Assembly: GCF_004010195.1 (NCBI RefSeq)
Contig: NC_057750.1
Location: 10,058,605-10,113,578 of the forward strand
Reading direction: 5' to 3'
Length of the DNA stretch: 54,974 bases
DNA from: Chiloscyllium plagiosum
Taxonomy: Eukaryota
Shown: piece by piece, positions 50,970-54,974 of the stretch
Position numbering within the stretch: position 1 is the first letter of the stretch
Layout of the letters: each line of letters opens with the position of its first letter
Translations under genes and position numbers: made by a program
The notes under the pieces: generated by a model
Seen by the model: the letters and a program-made list of their open reading frames with translations, nothing else
Told to the model about the DNA's origin: nothing
Databases searched by the model: none

Positions 50970-51043
50970 CATGCCTCCTCCATGAATCCAATGACAAATT
51001 TACGAACATCGATGGATTTATCTGACTGAAATGCAATGATTTC
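50970..51043 (-). CDS. SYMPK: Symplekin exon: [24 protein letters not shown](C)
   Basis: ttgcag|GAA...TG|gttagt; 74 nt, phase 0-2. Confidence 0.96.
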
Positions 51044-51237
51044 CTGCAAAGAATAAGATTTTTGTCAGTTTCCTGCAAGTGATCTTGTCTGTACAACCAG
51101 AAATCAATGGCACCTAGTGTTGCTTTCCACCCCCGAGCACAAAGCACAGCATTAACCCCACCACCCCTACCTCCAAACAAAAAGACAGCCTACACCACCA
51201 GCTCCTCTTAAAGCTCGAAAAGGTTCTGTTTACTCAC

Positions 51238-51291
51238 ATCCAGAAAGTTGTCAAGAAGCGTCGGATCCTTATTCAAAATTAGCTCCTGAAC
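51238..51291 (-). CDS. SYMPK: Symplekin exon: VQELILNKDPTLLDNFLD
   Basis: cctcag|GTT...GAT|gtgagt; 54 nt; near-identical to human. Confidence 0.96.
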
Positions 51292-51349
51292 CTGAGGGAA
51301 GAAATAAAGGCTCCAATGAAAGCCACAATATATCTTTCTACACATTTAA

Positions 51350-51790
51350 TGGAGGACAGGCAGCTACTTTCTAGTCAACCTGTTCAGTCATGTTATTACA
51401 CACTTCTGATACAGATGGGAACTTGAATCTGAGCCTCCTGGCCCAGAGGTAGGGACACTAACACTGTGAGGCAAGAACCCAATTAGAGGACAGGTGGATT
51501 TTTTTTTAAATCAACCAATTCAGATACACTTCTGGAGCAGGAACTTCAACCTTCTAGCTTAGAGTTAGGGACACAACCACTGCAACACCTTTAGTTTAAA
51601 CCTATTTTCTAATCAAACCGTTTAGACAAGTTGTTACACACTTCTGCAACAGGTGGGACTTGAATGTGGCCTCCTGGTTCACAAGTAGGGACATCACCAC
51701 TGTGACTTAAGAACTCTATCAGAGCACAGGTAGATATTTTTAATCAAACTGTTCAGACACACGACTTGAACCTAGGCCTTCTAGGTTCGA
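51350..51790 (-). repeat. Tandem array (~3.5 units, ~120 bp) of a tRNA-like SINE head
   Basis: Repeated TCAACCTGTTCAG...ACACACTTCTG...ACTTGAA...GTAGGGACAC-ACCACTG; solo copy at about 54405-54505. Confidence 0.75.
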
Positions 51791-52100
51791 TAGATTAGAT
51801 TCGATTCCCTACAGTGTGGAAACAGGCCCTTCGGCCCAACCAACACTCCGAAGAGTAACCCACCCAGACCCACTTCCCTCCTACTAATGCATCTAACACT
51901 ACGGGCAATTTAGCATGGCCAATTCACCTGACCTGCACATCTTTGGACTATGAGGGAAAACCAGAGCACCTGGGGGAAGCCCACGCAGACACGGGGAGAA
52001 TGTGCAAACTCATCACAGACAGTTGCCCGAGGCTGGAATCAAACCTGGGACCCTGGTGCTGTGAGGCAGCAGTGCTAACCACTGAGCCACCGTGCCACCC
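51790..52100 (-). mobile_element. HE1-like SINE
   Basis: Full head, V-domain and tail. Confidence 0.88.
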
Positions 52101-54192
52101 CTAGGATCACAATCGCTACACCACGAAATAATTGGAACACTTATCTGACAGCCGCTATCCACAATGGAGCTATTCAACCTATCACAGATTGAGGAGCGTG
52201 AACCTGTACTAGACTTCAGAATTTGGAAATGGATACAGTAGAGTATGGGGAAAATGGAAAGATTCTCAAGAATGACACCAGGTCTGGAGATGTTCGACCT
52301 AGGAGGCAAGGCTGGTTGGCCTAGTGTGCTTCCCTGAAAAACAAAACTCAGGAGGCTGAGAAAAGCTCAAGAAGCTGACCTAGTTTCTAAGTTTACAAAC
52401 AAATTTGCTGAGGTGAAGTAGCTGGGGGAATACCAAAACCAACAACTATAACAAGAAAATAGTCATTGAGAAGGCTGTGATGAGGACAATCAGGAGGAAC
52501 ATGTGGTGGAGCAGTGAAATCGCTGAAACAAATTGAAATACAGAGTGATAAAAGCGAAAACAATTAAAACGGTGAACAGAAGAAATCTAAATAAGGTACT
52601 TTCTTTAATTTTAAAAGTATGCTTTATAACGTGCATATGCAGATGCATTAAAAAATACTTGAGGCGAGGATGCACAGTAATAATCAATATTGGTTGACAC
52701 CAACCATTCACTGTCCATTGAAAAATCTAATTAGGACTTTACTCAGAGCAGAACCTGCTACCACAACTGAGAGGAAGAACATGAGGAAGTTGGATAAATG
52801 CATGAGGAAGAAAGGAATAGCAGAATGTGCTGACAGGTCACGAGAAAGGGCTGAATGAGGACATCTGCGCATGAACCAGAGGTGGGTGAATGACTTGTTT
52901 CTACATTGTACACACTTTACAATGAGGGGCAAAATAATTAATAACTGAGAATCTGCCAACCTGTAATGAATCCATTTGTTTAAAGGATATTGTTTACGCT
53001 AAACAAGAGCATTGGGAAGTGATTTGAAAGCAACAGGCCAGAATAAAGACTACTCTCACACTCATCTGATATTGATTTGCTGTTTAGTCTGCAAGGGTCC
53101 TCAAGATGGCCCATGTGCTGGGACAAAACGGGAACCACTGGCTTGGAACAAAACAGCCATGGCAGCATGAGAGAGCAAACCTTTTCCCACCACTCGCTTG
53201 GCGCACAACCAGACTGCCTCCCACATACACATGTAATGTACTATCTTAAGCAAGATTTATTTCACCGTTATAAACAGACAACGGGTGTGATCAGACTGTC
53301 GATGCACAAGTTAAAACAAGGAGAAATTGACTGAATGTGGAGGCTGGCATGAGATTAAAGCTCTCCAGCTTGAATTCAGGCATCACTTAAATAGTCTCTC
53401 GTCAAATGCAGCAACCATTATCCCCATGAATGCGATTTAGCATTTCTTGCGGTGGCAAGGGAAACAGGGTGGGTCAGGACTGTTGGGTGGTCCTTTGGAG
53501 TCTTTTGCCCTAAGTGGAGAAAACAATGTTTGGGAACCACTGCCACAGAGTACATCGACAAACTAACCACAAGCAAGGCTACAGACGTTACACTAATACA
53601 CGTACCCTTGGAACTAAGACCTTGCTGGAATTTTGGATTAGGCCACAGGCAGTACAAGTCACTTGCATCACAAACCTGCACGCAAAGCTGGTAACCTGCC
53701 CCCCGCCACACGTGCCAATGCAGCACGTAACTGATGCTCTGGAATTCTCTTCCAAACAGCGCTGTGAGTGTTGCTACAGCCCAAGAGTGACAACAGTTCA
53801 AAAAGGCAGCTCACCACCACCCTCTTCAGGGCAATAAACGTTGGCCTAGCCCATATCCCATGAATGAATAATAAGATAAATTGTCCAGGTACGTTATTTT
53901 TAAATTTTACTGAGTTAAATTGGAATATTGTCGAACAAGCTAGCCAGCTTTTGGGTAGCAGGATTTGAGGTACTCCACTTGTGCAGACTAAAATTAAAAA
54001 CAGCCACAGGCTCCACACACTTTCCCCATGTTACTGGGTTCTAAAGAAGAGGCATACTGGACTCAAAACATGAACTGTTTCTTTCTTCACAAAGCTGCCA
54101 GCCCTCTGGAGTTTCTCCTGTGCACTGTTTTTATTTTAGATTTCCAGCATGCGCAGTATTTCACTTTTAGGGTTTATTCCTACATGACTGAC

Positions 54193-54258
54193 CTGTTTGA
54201 GAACACTGATCTTGTTGTCAGTGACAATCAGTGCAGCTTGATTCAACAGATCCACCAC
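54193..54258 (-). CDS. SYMPK: Symplekin coding exon (approx. human exon 3): [22 protein letters not shown]
   Basis: ttgtag|GTG...CAG|gtcagt; 66 nt, phase 0-0; matches human [22 protein letters not shown]. The ATG exon is outside the window. Confidence 0.95.
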
Positions 54259-54974
54259 CTACAAGACAAAATGAATCAATTACTCTGCACTCGGTCTTCA
54301 GTAGATGTGCCGCCATCTTATAAGCTTAATCGTAATAACATACATCATTATAATGGTCAGTTATATAAACTTGGCTTTATGTCCTTTGACTTTATAGATA
54401 TTTTTAATCAACCTATTCATTCATGTTATGACAGACCTCTGGAACTGGAGGACTTGAACCTGAGCTTTGGACCAGAGGTAGGGACACTACCACTACACAA
54501 CAAAAGCCCTACTCTCCTTTTGACTTGATAAAATTGGGCTGATCTCGCTGAGGAAATAAGGTTGATAGAATTTCCCTTGGTATATCCCATTCCTCATCAC
54601 CCTGTGCCCACTGATCTACAATGGTCAAGGTACATCTTGATTTTAAAATCCTGATCCTTGTTTCCAAATCCATGGCCTCACTTCTCCCTACCTCTGCAAC
54701 TTACACCAGCTCAGTAATCTGAGATTTTCACCATGGAACTGTTTTTCCAAACAGCACCCATCGCCTCTTCTGAAATGGACATACCCCGCTCCCCTCTTTG
54801 CCCTAACCATCCTCCTCCACCCAAACCCCAACTTTTCTTTAGCCTCCTCCCCCATTCCCTGGACCCCTAGCCCAATCTCTCCATTCTCCTGAGCTCTAAC
54901 CCACCTGCCACCAATCAGCGCTTCACCCATCCCTCACATTCCCCTCCCCATCACCATACTCCTCTCGCATCCCT

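Noticed and set aside
54028..54528. 166-aa plus-strand ORF
   Set aside because: Made of repeat fragments plus the antisense of a SYMPK exon; no coding signature.

Overview
Eukaryotic (vertebrate) genomic DNA, very probably from a shark. This is inferred from HE1/V-SINE-like SINEs, CR1 (HER1-like) LINE ends and Deu-domain SINE remnants. Most of the window is the symplekin gene (SYMPK) on the minus strand. I traced 24 GT-AG coding exons from 54258 down to 8250, with consistent phases (3903 nt, 1301 codons), plus a probable terminal exon starting at 7855 that runs into an assembly gap. The start-codon exon lies beyond the right edge. Introns are packed with retroelement debris. Notable non-coding structure: (i) many short, often palindromic Penelope-like (PLE) insertions with 11-14 bp target duplications, carrying minimal type I hammerhead ribozyme motifs (CTGANGA-stem II-GAAA-palindromic stem III); (ii) an inverted ~280 bp duplication (15307-15588 vs 24113-24388) that brackets six SYMPK exons and predicts a circRNA; (iii) a ~560 bp fold-back hairpin (50139-50700) that copies its own target DNA; (iv) a twin-priming-like inverted CR1; (v) a tandem 5' splice site opening a ~179-codon alternative frame over an expanded PAPPSL-repeat exon. 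Three N gaps limit interpretation. Repeat boundaries are approximate, and human exon numbers are from recall.
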